59,860 nucleotides of DNA. Source: Solimonas sp. Its GTDB lineage: Bacteria; Pseudomonadota; Gammaproteobacteria; Nevskiales; Nevskiaceae. Location of the stretch: the NCBI GenBank assembly GCA_041612095.1, contig JBFJJW010000001.1, positions 1-59,860 of the forward strand, read 5' to 3'. Within the stretch, counting starts at the first letter, position 1, and each line of letters opens with the position of its first letter. Positions 51,159-59,860 of this stretch are shown in pieces. The notes beneath the pieces were generated by a model. It was given only the letters and a program-made list of their open reading frames with translations. It was not told where the DNA came from and did no database searches. The translations under genes were made by a program, and so were the position numbers.

Positions 51159-51758
51159 TCAGGGCAGGCGCGCCAGCGCCAGTGCCGCCGTCTCAACCTC
51201 ACGATCCAGCGCCCGCCCGGTGCCCTCCTGCGTGCGCCCGTGCCCGCGAAACAGCGATAGCCCTTCAAGCAGCGACATGATCAGGATTGCGCGCCGCCGG
51301 CGAGCCGCTACAGGCATACGGGGCTCCAGGGCCTGGATGCATTGCTCGATCGCGTTCCGATATGCGGCGTAGAAGTGGTTAACCGTGCGCGCCACATCGG
51401 CGTCGCGGGCGGACAATGCCCACAGCTCCCAGAACAGCCGACAACTACGCGCACTGTCCTGGCTGCCTAGCGCGTATCGCACGAGGCTCTGCAGATCGAC
51501 AGCGATGCCCGACTCGAGCTCGATACGCGCGCGCTCAAGCGCGCGCACAAACAACGCATCGATCACTGCGTGCGGTGTGGCGTAGTAGTACTGCACATTG
51601 GAAAGGCGGATACCGAGCTGCTCAGAAAGCTTGCGCATCGAGAAGCCGGCATAGCCGTCCTCGATGAGCAGGGTTTCAGCGGCATCCAGTATCGACTCAC
51701 GACGGCGGCGGCCCTTGGGGCTTGCGGGCGCCTCTGCAGACGGCATTGCGGTAGACAT
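51159..51758 (-). CDS. TetR-family transcriptional regulator
   Basis: ILDAA..L..DGYAGFSMRKL…SNVQYYY HTH. Confidence 0.9.
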   Translation of the reverse strand: MSTAMPSAEAPASPKGRRRRESILDAAETLLIEDGYAGFSMRKLSEQLGIRLSNVQYYYATPHAVIDALFVRALERARIELESGIAVDLQSLVRYALGSQDSARSCRLFWELWALSARDADVARTVNHFYAAYRNAIEQCIQALEPRMPVAARRRRAILIMSLLEGLSLFRGHGRTQEGTGRALDREVETAALALARLP

Positions 51759-51774
51759 GGGCGGAGCATAGCAG

Positions 51775-51820
51775 ATAGGTCTATTGACCAATTATGATTT
51801 ATTTGGTTACATGACCAAAT
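51775..51820. promoter_or_regulatory. Tandem palindromic operators (likely TetR) overlapping the divergent promoters
   Basis: ATAGGT-N6-ACCAAT (51775-51792) and ATTTGGT-N6-ACCAAAT (51801-51820) in an AT-rich spacer; TTGACC -35-like at 51784. Confidence 0.65.
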
Positions 51821-51838
51821 CAATGGAGAGAGGCTGTC

Positions 51839-52420
51839 ATGTCCAGAGTTCCCGTAGCGAGCCGCCGTGGTTTTCTCAAACTGGGCCTGTTCGCGTCCGC
51901 CGCAGCCGTCTGCTTGGCAACGATCCAAAAGCTTGGGCCGGCCCCGGGGCGCTACGAAGGCCTGCTCGGCGCTGAGCGCCCGCGACTTCTGTCGCGCAAG
52001 GCGTTCGCGACGCTGACGCTGTTCACCATGGATGTGGTCGGCGCAGCGCCTGGTGCCGTCACCGTGCAGCAGACGCGCACGGCGGCGCGCATCGACCTGG
52101 AGCTGTCGATCGTCGGCGGCAAGCTGGCCGCGGATATCCGCGCGGCCTTGGCACTGCTGGAGCATGGGCCGCTGCTGGACGGTGAACTGGCGCGCTACAG
52201 CACGCTGCCCGCTGCGCAACGGACGGCCTACCTACGCCGACTGCAGACCGGCAGCAACGTCACCCTGCGCAGCGTCTACAACGGACTGCGCTTTCTGGCG
52301 ATGTTCTTCTACTACAGCGATGACAACACCTGGCCTCGGCTCGGTTATCGCGGCCCGTGGGTGCCCGAGAAAGTCTTCGCTGGCGGCAACCGCATCGCCA
52401 ACCTGGACGCTCGAGCATGA
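51839..52420 (+). CDS. Tat-signal small subunit (gluconate-2-dehydrogenase gamma-like)
   Basis: SRRGFLK twin-arginine motif; C-terminal YY…W..LGY.GP. Confidence 0.8.
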   Translation: MSRVPVASRRGFLKLGLFASAAAVCLATIQKLGPAPGRYEGLLGAERPRLLSRKAFATLTLFTMDVVGAAPGAVTVQQTRTAARIDLELSIVGGKLAADIRAALALLEHGPLLDGELARYSTLPAAQRTAYLRRLQTGSNVTLRSVYNGLRFLAMFFYYSDDNTWPRLGYRGPWVPEKVFAGGNRIANLDARA

Positions 52421-53964
52421 TCATCGAAGCGACGCAGATCACCGACCATCGCAGCGAAGATGTCGATGTTGTCGTAATCGGCAGCGGCTGCGGCGGCGCA
52501 ACCGTCGCACTGGATCTGGCGCGCGCCGGGTACTCGGTGCTGATCCTCGAACAGGGGGGCCACTACAGCGCCGCCCGCGGCGATCTCGATCAACGTTCCG
52601 ACAACATGTTGGCACGCATCGACGGTGGACGCGGCCTGGACACCAGCCTCAACGGCGAACTCGCACTGATGTACGGCAACTGCGTCGGCGGCGCCAGCGT
52701 GCATTACTGGGCCGATAGCTGGCGTCTTCCGCAGGACCGCGCCGACCTCTATGAGACGCTGGGCGTCAGCGGTCACGGACATGCCCGGCTTGCACCGATC
52801 TTTGACCGCCTGGAACGCGACCTGAACGTCCATGTCGCAGGCCCGCAGTACTACAACCGCATGAACCAGCTATTCGATGTCGGCGCAAAGCAGCTGGGCT
52901 GGCATGTCGAGGGCGTACCGCAAGCACGCAAAGGCTGCGTGAGGAGCGGCCACTGCTATCAGGGCTGCTCCTTCGATGCCAAACAGAGCCAGTTGGTAAC
53001 GCACATACCTGCAGCACTGGCCGCCGGCGCACGCGTCTACAGCGACTGTCGCGTTGATCGCATCCTCACCGATCCGCGCAGCGGGCGGGCGACCGGGGTG
53101 CAGGCAAGGTTCATCGATCGCGCCACCCATCAACCAAATGGGGGCAGCTTGAGCGTCCGCGCACGAGCCGTGGTTCTCGCCGCTGGCGGCTACGGCTCGG
53201 CCGTCCTATGGCTGCGCTCGCAGTTGCCCGACGGCAACGGCATGGTCGGCAAAAACCTCTACACCAACCCCAATCCTTACCTGTATGCGCTGTTCGACGA
53301 GCCTGTCCGACTCTGGGAGAACATTCCTGCAGCAACCGGCACCAGTGACTTCCGGCTCGCGCGTTACGAGCACGGACGCTACGTCGAGGGCGGCTACCTT
53401 CTGCATCCCAATCAGCTGCAACCGGAGTTCCTGGCCGTGACGCTGCCGGGCTTTGGCGACGAACACTGGAATCTGATGGAGCAGTTGCCGTACATCGGTA
53501 GCGCCGTGTCGTGGATCGACGACGTTCACGGCGGCCACATCACGCTCGCATCCGACGGATCGCCGCGCTACCACTACGCGCTGCAGGGCGACGACCTGCT
53601 CAAGATCCGCGATGCGTTCAAGAAGCAGGCCCTGCTGCTGTTCGCTGCCGGAGCGCATCAAGTCATCGTGCCGGATAGCGCAGGCACGCGGCTGCAACGT
53701 CCGGAGCAGATCGCGGTATTCGACACACTCGATATCCAGAACGGCGCCGTGCTCTACGGGGCCCCGCATCCTGCTGGCACCCTGCGCATGGGCGACGACC
53801 CTGCGCGCGCCGTGGTCGCCTGCAACCACCAAGCGCACGAAGTCCCGGGGCTTTATGTGGCCGATCCCAGTGTCTGGCCGTTGCCGCCCAGCGTCGATCC
53901 GTCACTGACGATCATGGCGTATTCAGTGATTGCCGCCGAAGCCATTGCGGAGCACCTCTCATGA
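52417..53964 (+). CDS. GMC-family flavoprotein oxidoreductase with Cys motif
   Basis: VIGSGCGG FAD motif, GNCVGGASV, CVRSGHCYQGC, HPAGTLRMG, GLYVAD; ATG 52417. Confidence 0.9.
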   Translation: MIIEATQITDHRSEDVDVVVIGSGCGGATVALDLARAGYSVLILEQGGHYSAARGDLDQRSDNMLARIDGGRGLDTSLNGELALMYGNCVGGASVHYWADSWRLPQDRADLYETLGVSGHGHARLAPIFDRLERDLNVHVAGPQYYNRMNQLFDVGAKQLGWHVEGVPQARKGCVRSGHCYQGCSFDAKQSQLVTHIPAALAAGARVYSDCRVDRILTDPRSGRATGVQARFIDRATHQPNGGSLSVRARAVVLAAGGYGSAVLWLRSQLPDGNGMVGKNLYTNPNPYLYALFDEPVRLWENIPAATGTSDFRLARYEHGRYVEGGYLLHPNQLQPEFLAVTLPGFGDEHWNLMEQLPYIGSAVSWIDDVHGGHITLASDGSPRYHYALQGDDLLKIRDAFKKQALLLFAAGAHQVIVPDSAGTRLQRPEQIAVFDTLDIQNGAVLYGAPHPAGTLRMGDDPARAVVACNHQAHEVPGLYVADPSVWPLPPSVDPSLTIMAYSVIAAEAIAEHLS

Positions 53965-54713
53965 AAGCGGCTCGTGTGGGCCTGGGCGCGTTGATGCTTG
54001 CGTTGGCGCTGAACTACCTGCTCGCCGCCATCAGCATCGCCTCAGGCGACTTCGACCGCATCGGCCTACCAGCGGTCATGATCACGATGGAGTTCTGGGG
54101 CAATCTGCTGCAGGGGTTCGGCTGGATCGTTGTGCTCATCGCGTGGCGAGGCAGCAGAAGCCCAGCCGGTGCGGCACTCGCTGCGTTCATGGCCGGCATG
54201 TTTTTCTGCGACGTGCTGACCACTTGGCCGTTGGACATGCCGCTCCCGCCGGGTTTTCTGTACTGGGGCAGTGCCGCAGCGTTGTTGCAGCTGGGCATCG
54301 CCCGCCTCGTGCTCGGTGCGGGCGCCGACCACCGCACTCCCCATCTGCCTATGTGGCATTGGGCGTTGCTGCTGCTTGCCACCGCTGGCTTCGCAATCCT
54401 TTCGGTACTCCTGACGCCAACCGCGGTTACCGCTGCAGGCTTGCCACCGGAGGTGGCACCGCTGCACCGCCTGACGCTTGCCGCCATGTCGGTGACCCTG
54501 GCGCTCATCGTCGTACTGCTATGGCATCGGAAAGCGGTCGGTGTGTGGGCGCTGTATCCACTTGCGGGCATGTGGTGCTGGGAAATGCTCACCACCGCGC
54601 TGCTGACGCCATGGCCCGGGCCGCCTGCACAGGCCTGGTGGGGCCCCTTCAGCGTCGCCGCCCTGCTGGCGGTCGCGCTTCGCCAACATCCTCCTTCAGC
54701 CCAAGGGACATAA
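53961..54713 (+). CDS. Polytopic membrane protein of unknown function
   Basis: About 8 hydrophobic segments; ATGA-coupled to the GMC gene. Confidence 0.7.
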   Translation: MKAARVGLGALMLALALNYLLAAISIASGDFDRIGLPAVMITMEFWGNLLQGFGWIVVLIAWRGSRSPAGAALAAFMAGMFFCDVLTTWPLDMPLPPGFLYWGSAAALLQLGIARLVLGAGADHRTPHLPMWHWALLLLATAGFAILSVLLTPTAVTAAGLPPEVAPLHRLTLAAMSVTLALIVVLLWHRKAVGVWALYPLAGMWCWEMLTTALLTPWPGPPAQAWWGPFSVAALLAVALRQHPPSAQGT

Positions 54714-54716
54714 CGC

Positions 54717-55802
54717 ATGAACAGAATTCTCATCGCCGGCGGCTATGGCGTTGTCGGCAGCCAGATCGCGCAGCTTTTGGCGCAGCGCCAGCCCCATCTC
54801 GAACTGCTACTCGGCGGACGCCACCCTCAGCATGCGGCGGCCCTCGTCGATCGCCTGCCACATGCGCGCGCCGTTCGCCTCGATCTCGAGGCCGACGACC
54901 CGCTCAGCATGCTGGAGACCAGGCCGGACCTGGTCATGGCCGTCGCCAACGATCCGCATGATCGGCTGTTGCTCAGCGCGCAACGCCATCAGGTTGCCTT
55001 GATCGACATCACCCGCTGGACCGCCCGCGTCCAGGACGCGCTATGTCTCGCTGCGACCGGCCCGACACGCGCGCCCATCGTGCTGGCCTCGTCTTGGATG
55101 GCCGCCATACCGGCCACATTGGCAGTTGACGCCGCGCGGGGCTTTTCCGCACTCGCGCGCATCGATCTGGATGTCCTGTATGCCTTGCACGATAAGGCCG
55201 GCCCGAATTCGGTGGAGTACATGGACCGGCTAGCCGCGCCGTTCGAGGCCCGTGTCGATGGCCGGCGCGTACTGCGCGCCCCGTTCTCGGTCACCCGCCG
55301 TGTCGCTTTCACATCGACTCACACCTACACGACGGCGCTATTCGACAGTCCCGATCAGATGACCCTGCCCGGCCTCACGCAGGCGGCGACGGTTGCCGCC
55401 CACATCGGGTTCGACGACCAGACCAGCAATCACCTGCTACGCGGCCTGATCCGCAGCGGCCTGTGGCGGGCCATTAGCGGGCCGGCCTTCACCGGACTGC
55501 GGCGCAAGCTGCTGTACAACCCCGGCCAAGGCGACCACCACCGCGTCCAGATCACGCTTGAAGGCCGGGATCACCAGGGCCACGCGCTGCGCCAGGTCAT
55601 TGACCTTGACGATCCCTCGGGACAAACCCACCTCACTGCAACGGGGGCAGTCGTCCAGGCCGAGCGCGTGCTCGGCCTGAGTGGTCATGCGGCAGCACCG
55701 CCCGGCGTGCAGTTTGCCGAGGCCATGACCGATGCCACGCTGCTGCGGCAGGCGCTCGAATCCAATGCCATCGATTTGCGCGTTTCCGAGTCCCGCCAAT
55801 GA
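54717..55802 (+). CDS. Saccharopine dehydrogenase-like NAD(P)-binding oxidoreductase
   Basis: ILIAGGYGVVG Rossmann motif, GGR, GQTHLTA. Confidence 0.8.
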   Translation: MNRILIAGGYGVVGSQIAQLLAQRQPHLELLLGGRHPQHAAALVDRLPHARAVRLDLEADDPLSMLETRPDLVMAVANDPHDRLLLSAQRHQVALIDITRWTARVQDALCLAATGPTRAPIVLASSWMAAIPATLAVDAARGFSALARIDLDVLYALHDKAGPNSVEYMDRLAAPFEARVDGRRVLRAPFSVTRRVAFTSTHTYTTALFDSPDQMTLPGLTQAATVAAHIGFDDQTSNHLLRGLIRSGLWRAISGPAFTGLRRKLLYNPGQGDHHRVQITLEGRDHQGHALRQVIDLDDPSGQTHLTATGAVVQAERVLGLSGHAAAPPGVQFAEAMTDATLLRQALESNAIDLRVSESRQ

Positions 55803-55975
55803 GCGCCTCAACGCCGGACGGCCACGCCATCACTGCAGGGCGCTGCAGCTGCTAGGCGGCCGCAGCGGATCGTCGTCCTGCCTCAACCCGGGCTTCACAC
55901 TGTGCTGCCGCACGGTGCATATTCAGGCCCCTGCCGACCTCCGCCCTGGCGGCATACCGGCACTGCACGGCGCGC

Positions 55976-57466
55976 TCAGTCGTCGCCGTCCATCCCCAGC
56001 TCCTTGATCTTGCGCGTTAGCGTGTTGCGGCCCCAGCCCAGACGCTTGGCGGCCTCCTGGCGTTGACCGCGTGTAGCGGCCAACGCAGCTTCGATCATGG
56101 TTCGCTCGAACAGCGGCATCGCGGTTCCGAGAAGATCGCTATCGCCGGCCTTGAGTTGGCGTGCCGCCCAGGCCCTGAGTTGCGCGTCCCAGGGGTCCTG
56201 CTCTGCGGTCGCTGGAATGGCCCGCTCCTGCGACGTCATCGCAGCGGATACCGTCCCGGCTGGCGCTGGCACCGGTGATGCCAAAGGCCCACGCGCGGGA
56301 TCTTCGTCCTGCATTTCCGGCGGCAGGTCCTGCGGATGCACGTCCTGACCCGGCGCCATCACTGTCAGCCAACGGCAGATGTTCTCCAGCTGGCGTACGT
56401 TGCCGTGCCACGAGAACGTCTTGAAACGCTCCATGACTTCAGGCCGCAGTCGTTTGGGCTCGGCCCGCAATTCGTCGGCAGCGCGCAACAGAAAGTGACG
56501 CGTCAGTTGCGGCACGTCTTCTGGGCGCTCGCGCAGCGGGGGAATGCGCACGCGGATCACGTTCAAACGGTGATACAAATCCTCGCGAAACCGATTCTCG
56601 CGCACCAGCGTGTCGAGGTCCTGATGAGTCGCGGCGATCACCCGCACATCGACCTTGATGGGCGCTACACCGCCCACCCGATAGAACTCGCCGTTCTGCA
56701 GCACGCGCAGCAGGCGGGTCTGCAGATCGGCCGGCATATCACCGATCTCGTCAAGAAATAGCGTGCCGCCATCGGCCTGCTCGAAGCGACCTTTGCGCTG
56801 AGTCGCGGCGCCGGTGAACGAACCCCGTTCGTGGCCAAAGAACTCGGACTCCAGCAGATCCTTCGGAATCGCCGCCGTATTGATGGCGATGAATGGCCGC
56901 TGTGCGCGTGGACTGTTGACGTGCAGGGCACGCGCCACCAGCTCCTTTCCGGTACCCGACTCGCCGGTAATCAGCACGGTGATGTTCGACTGCGAGAGCC
57001 GGCCGATGGCGCGAAACACGTCCTGCATGGCCGGCGCTTCGCCGATCATCGCGGTGCCCTCTACCGCGGGCGCTTCGTCCGAGCGATCGCGCTTCTTGGC
57101 CGCACGCCGCACCAGTTCAGCGACACCATCAACATCAAACGGCTTCGGCAGGTACTCAAAGGCACCACCACGATAGGCGGCAACTGCGGCGTCAAGGTCA
57201 GAGTGCGCGGTCATGATGATGACCGGCAGTTCCGGCCGCGCGGTGCGCACCCGACCCATCAGTGTCAGCCCGTCGACCCCGGGCATGCGAATGTCCGAGA
57301 TCAGCACGTCGGGTGCATCGGCACTGCTGACCTCGGCGATCGAGTCCAGCAGTTCGGCGGCGCCGGGGAAACTGGTCACCACCATTCCCTCGCGGGACAG
57401 TGACTTTTCGAGCACCCAGCGGATCGACTCGTCATCGTCCACGATCCAGACCTTGAGCGCACTCAT
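55976..57466 (-). CDS. ntrC: Nitrogen regulation protein NR(I)
   Basis: [11 protein letters not shown] receiver, [29 protein letters not shown]. Confidence 0.97.
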   Translation of the reverse strand: MSALKVWIVDDDESIRWVLEKSLSREGMVVTSFPGAAELLDSIAEVSSADAPDVLISDIRMPGVDGLTLMGRVRTARPELPVIIMTAHSDLDAAVAAYRGGAFEYLPKPFDVDGVAELVRRAAKKRDRSDEAPAVEGTAMIGEAPAMQDVFRAIGRLSQSNITVLITGESGTGKELVARALHVNSPRAQRPFIAINTAAIPKDLLESEFFGHERGSFTGAATQRKGRFEQADGGTLFLDEIGDMPADLQTRLLRVLQNGEFYRVGGVAPIKVDVRVIAATHQDLDTLVRENRFREDLYHRLNVIRVRIPPLRERPEDVPQLTRHFLLRAADELRAEPKRLRPEVMERFKTFSWHGNVRQLENICRWLTVMAPGQDVHPQDLPPEMQDEDPARGPLASPVPAPAGTVSAAMTSQERAIPATAEQDPWDAQLRAWAARQLKAGDSDLLGTAMPLFERTMIEAALAATRGQRQEAAKRLGWGRNTLTRKIKELGMDGDD

Positions 57467-57545
57467 GCGTCCAGACCCCACGTGGCATGTCGGTGCGTGG
57501 CGTTCACTTCATCAAGATGACGGAATCCAGACTGCGTAGACGCGC

Positions 57546-58616
57546 TCATAGGACTTCCAACGGCAGATAGATGGAGAAGACGGTGTTGCCCGGGCGACTT
57601 CGGCATTCGATAACGCCACCGTGGCTGTGTGCCAGATACTGAGCAATCGGCAGGCCAAGTCCGGTGCCCTCTGCGCGCGTCGTCACCATCGGGTAGAAGA
57701 TCTTGTCCAGCATCCCACCCGGAATGCCGGCACCGCTGTCTTCAATGTCCAACTGCACCACCAGTTTGTGACGGACGCCCGCAATCGTATGCTGGCGTCG
57801 GGTGCGCGAACGCAGGGTAATGCTGCCGCTGCCGCCGAGCGCCTGCAGTCCATTGCGCACGATGTTCAGTACGATCTGAATCATCTGCTCACGATCGACC
57901 GAGATCTCCGGAATGCTGGGGTCGTAATCCCTCAGAAGCGCCACTTCCGGTGGGGCCTCGGCTTGCACCAGGCTGCGCACATGCTCCATCACTTCATGGA
58001 TGTTGAGCTGGGTTTTCTGCGGCAGGCGGTTGGGGCCCAATAGCCGGTTCACCAGATTCTGCAACCGGTCCGCCTCGCGGATAATGACCCCGGTGTATTC
58101 ACGATGGCTGGCGTCCGGGAAGTCGCGCTCCATCAGCTGCGCCGCACCGCGGATGCCGCCCAGCGGATTCTTGATCTCGTGGGCCAGGCCACGGATCAGC
58201 TCGCGCGAAGCGGCAAACTGCGCCGTCATCGCCTCGTCACGCGAGATGCGCAACTGCCGATCCAGCGGGAAGACTTCAAGCAGCAGGCCGGGTCGCCTGC
58301 CACCGATTGCAAACGGGGTCACGGTCCAGTCCACCGTCACCGGCGGGTCGCCGTTGCGCCGCAGCTCAACCTCGTGCTCAATGAACCCTGAGGCAGTGCC
58401 CAAAGCCGTGCGCAGCTTGAGCTCATGCGCAGCCAGATGGCCGATGCCTTCGTGGAGCAGCGCACCCAGCACCAGGCGTCGCGAGACGCCAAACAGACTT
58501 TCACAGGCGAGATTGAGCGACTGCACGCGCAAGGCGTCGTCAACCACAATCACCGCCATATTGAGGCCGTCGAGAACTTCGTCGGGTGCTACCCGGTTGC
58601 GCACACCCAGTTTCAT
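57546..58616 (-). CDS. ntrB: Nitrogen regulation sensor kinase NR(II)
   Basis: PAS-like N-terminus, GLAHEIKNPLGGIRGAAQL, RDYDPSIP, GTGLGL. Confidence 0.96.
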   Translation of the reverse strand: MKLGVRNRVAPDEVLDGLNMAVIVVDDALRVQSLNLACESLFGVSRRLVLGALLHEGIGHLAAHELKLRTALGTASGFIEHEVELRRNGDPPVTVDWTVTPFAIGGRRPGLLLEVFPLDRQLRISRDEAMTAQFAASRELIRGLAHEIKNPLGGIRGAAQLMERDFPDASHREYTGVIIREADRLQNLVNRLLGPNRLPQKTQLNIHEVMEHVRSLVQAEAPPEVALLRDYDPSIPEISVDREQMIQIVLNIVRNGLQALGGSGSITLRSRTRRQHTIAGVRHKLVVQLDIEDSGAGIPGGMLDKIFYPMVTTRAEGTGLGLPIAQYLAHSHGGVIECRSRPGNTVFSIYLPLEVL

Positions 58617-58629
58617 GACAGCGGATTAC

Positions 58630-58644
58630 GCAATTTGCGGGCCA
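58630..58644 (-). promoter_or_regulatory. Sigma54 (-24/-12) promoter upstream of ntrB
   Basis: Minus strand TGGCCCGCAAATTGC = GG-N10-GC. Confidence 0.65.
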
Positions 58645-58683
58645 TGCGCCCGCCCGCCTAGGCTAGCCTGCACCACGCCAATA

Positions 58684-58719
58684 TGCACGCTTTTGGTGCG
58701 CAGGCACCGTTATGGTGCT
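58684..58719. promoter_or_regulatory. Two NtrC-binding sites
   Basis: TGCAC-GCTTTTG-GTGCG (58684-58700) and GGCAC-CGTTATG-GTGCT (58703-58719) versus consensus TGCAC-N7-GTGCA. Confidence 0.7.
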
Positions 58720-59246
58720 GCGCGCGCTGTTTTGGGGGCAGCTCGCAGCGTGAAGCGGGCCGCCTCCGAACGCGCAATCTCCACGCCCTTGGAATTCAGC
58801 AGCACGATGACCAGCTCGTGGTCACCCGCGGCCAGGCCGGGTAACGGCAGGCTCAATTCATCGACCGGCTTGGGGGTGACCGCCTTGCCGTCAACCAGGT
58901 AAACCAGACTGAAACCTTTCACCAGACCGGGCATGACACTGGCTGCGGCGATGACCGCCTGCTCGTTGCCCTGGACCTGCCCCGGCGTCGGTGATTCGAC
59001 CCGTACTGCGAAACGTGCAGCCTGGCGCAACAGCTCGGGGGAGTAGAAGGCCGGCGACTTCGACTGCTTGCCACTGGGAATCGGGCCGGAAACCGGCCCC
59101 AGGACCAGGGGTTTTGCGGTCTTGCTCGGCGGCTTGTCGGTGAAATGGACACTGCCATCCGGGGCCACCACGCGATAAATCTCGTCTGCCGCCGCCGGCA
59201 ATGCCAGCCCCAGCATCAGCAGACCCATCACTATCAGCGCGCGCAT
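58710..59246 (-). CDS. DUF4124-domain secreted protein
   Basis: Signal peptide, IYRVV.PDGSVHFTDKP, Ig-like C-terminus; sits between glnA and ntrB. Confidence 0.8.
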   Translation of the reverse strand: MRALIVMGLLMLGLALPAAADEIYRVVAPDGSVHFTDKPPSKTAKPLVLGPVSGPIPSGKQSKSPAFYSPELLRQAARFAVRVESPTPGQVQGNEQAVIAAASVMPGLVKGFSLVYLVDGKAVTPKPVDELSLPLPGLAAGDHELVIVLLNSKGVEIARSEAARFTLRAAPKTARAAP

Positions 59247-59278
59247 GGGCCAAGCATACTGGTTTGTGAGTCGCGGCC

Positions 59279-59309
59279 AAAAAAAGAAACCCCGCCGTGG
59301 CGGGGTTTC
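59279..59309 (-). terminator. glnA rho-independent terminator
   Basis: Minus strand GAAACCCCGCC-AC-GGCGGGGTTTC followed by T7. Confidence 0.88.
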
Positions 59310-59328
59310 CTGGACCATCCCAACTCAC

Positions 59329-59860
<532 letters not shown>

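Noticed and set aside
48607-55802. Accessory block as a mobile element
   Set aside because: No integrase, transposase, tRNA target or terminal repeats were seen; only accessory-type gene content

Overview
GC-rich gammaproteobacterial chromosomal segment (Nevskiales/Xanthomonadales-like by gene style; inference only), almost entirely housekeeping and metabolic genes. No rRNA, tRNA, CRISPR array, transposase or phage gene was recognised. The first 25.5 kb is a contiguous ion-bioenergetics cluster. On the minus strand, nhaD is followed by a complete nuoA-N complex I operon (fused NuoCD, long NuoG with N7 motif), which runs without a visible terminator into nqrA-nqrB (Na+-NQR). Divergently on the plus strand lies an Mrp antiporter operon lacking full-length MrpA, with three MrpD/NuoL-like subunits and a small extra membrane protein. 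Next come a RimB-RimK-deacylase operon, mnmG followed by a candidate C-rich-loop sRNA, a LEA-like secreted protein, a triple DnaA-box element beside an orphan ParB, folE, a soluble acyl-ACP desaturase, an SDR and DUF1329. A second RimK-type ligase with a GNAT, a FecR-SPOR fusion with a GT2, typA, purT, pyk and a GDPD follow. An accessory block holds an XRE regulon and a TetR-controlled Tat/GMC-[3Fe-4S] oxidoreductase operon. The window ends with glnA-DUF4124-ntrB-ntrC, which has a sigma54 promoter and tandem NtrC sites. All calls come from motif and family recognition by eye; no database searches were run.
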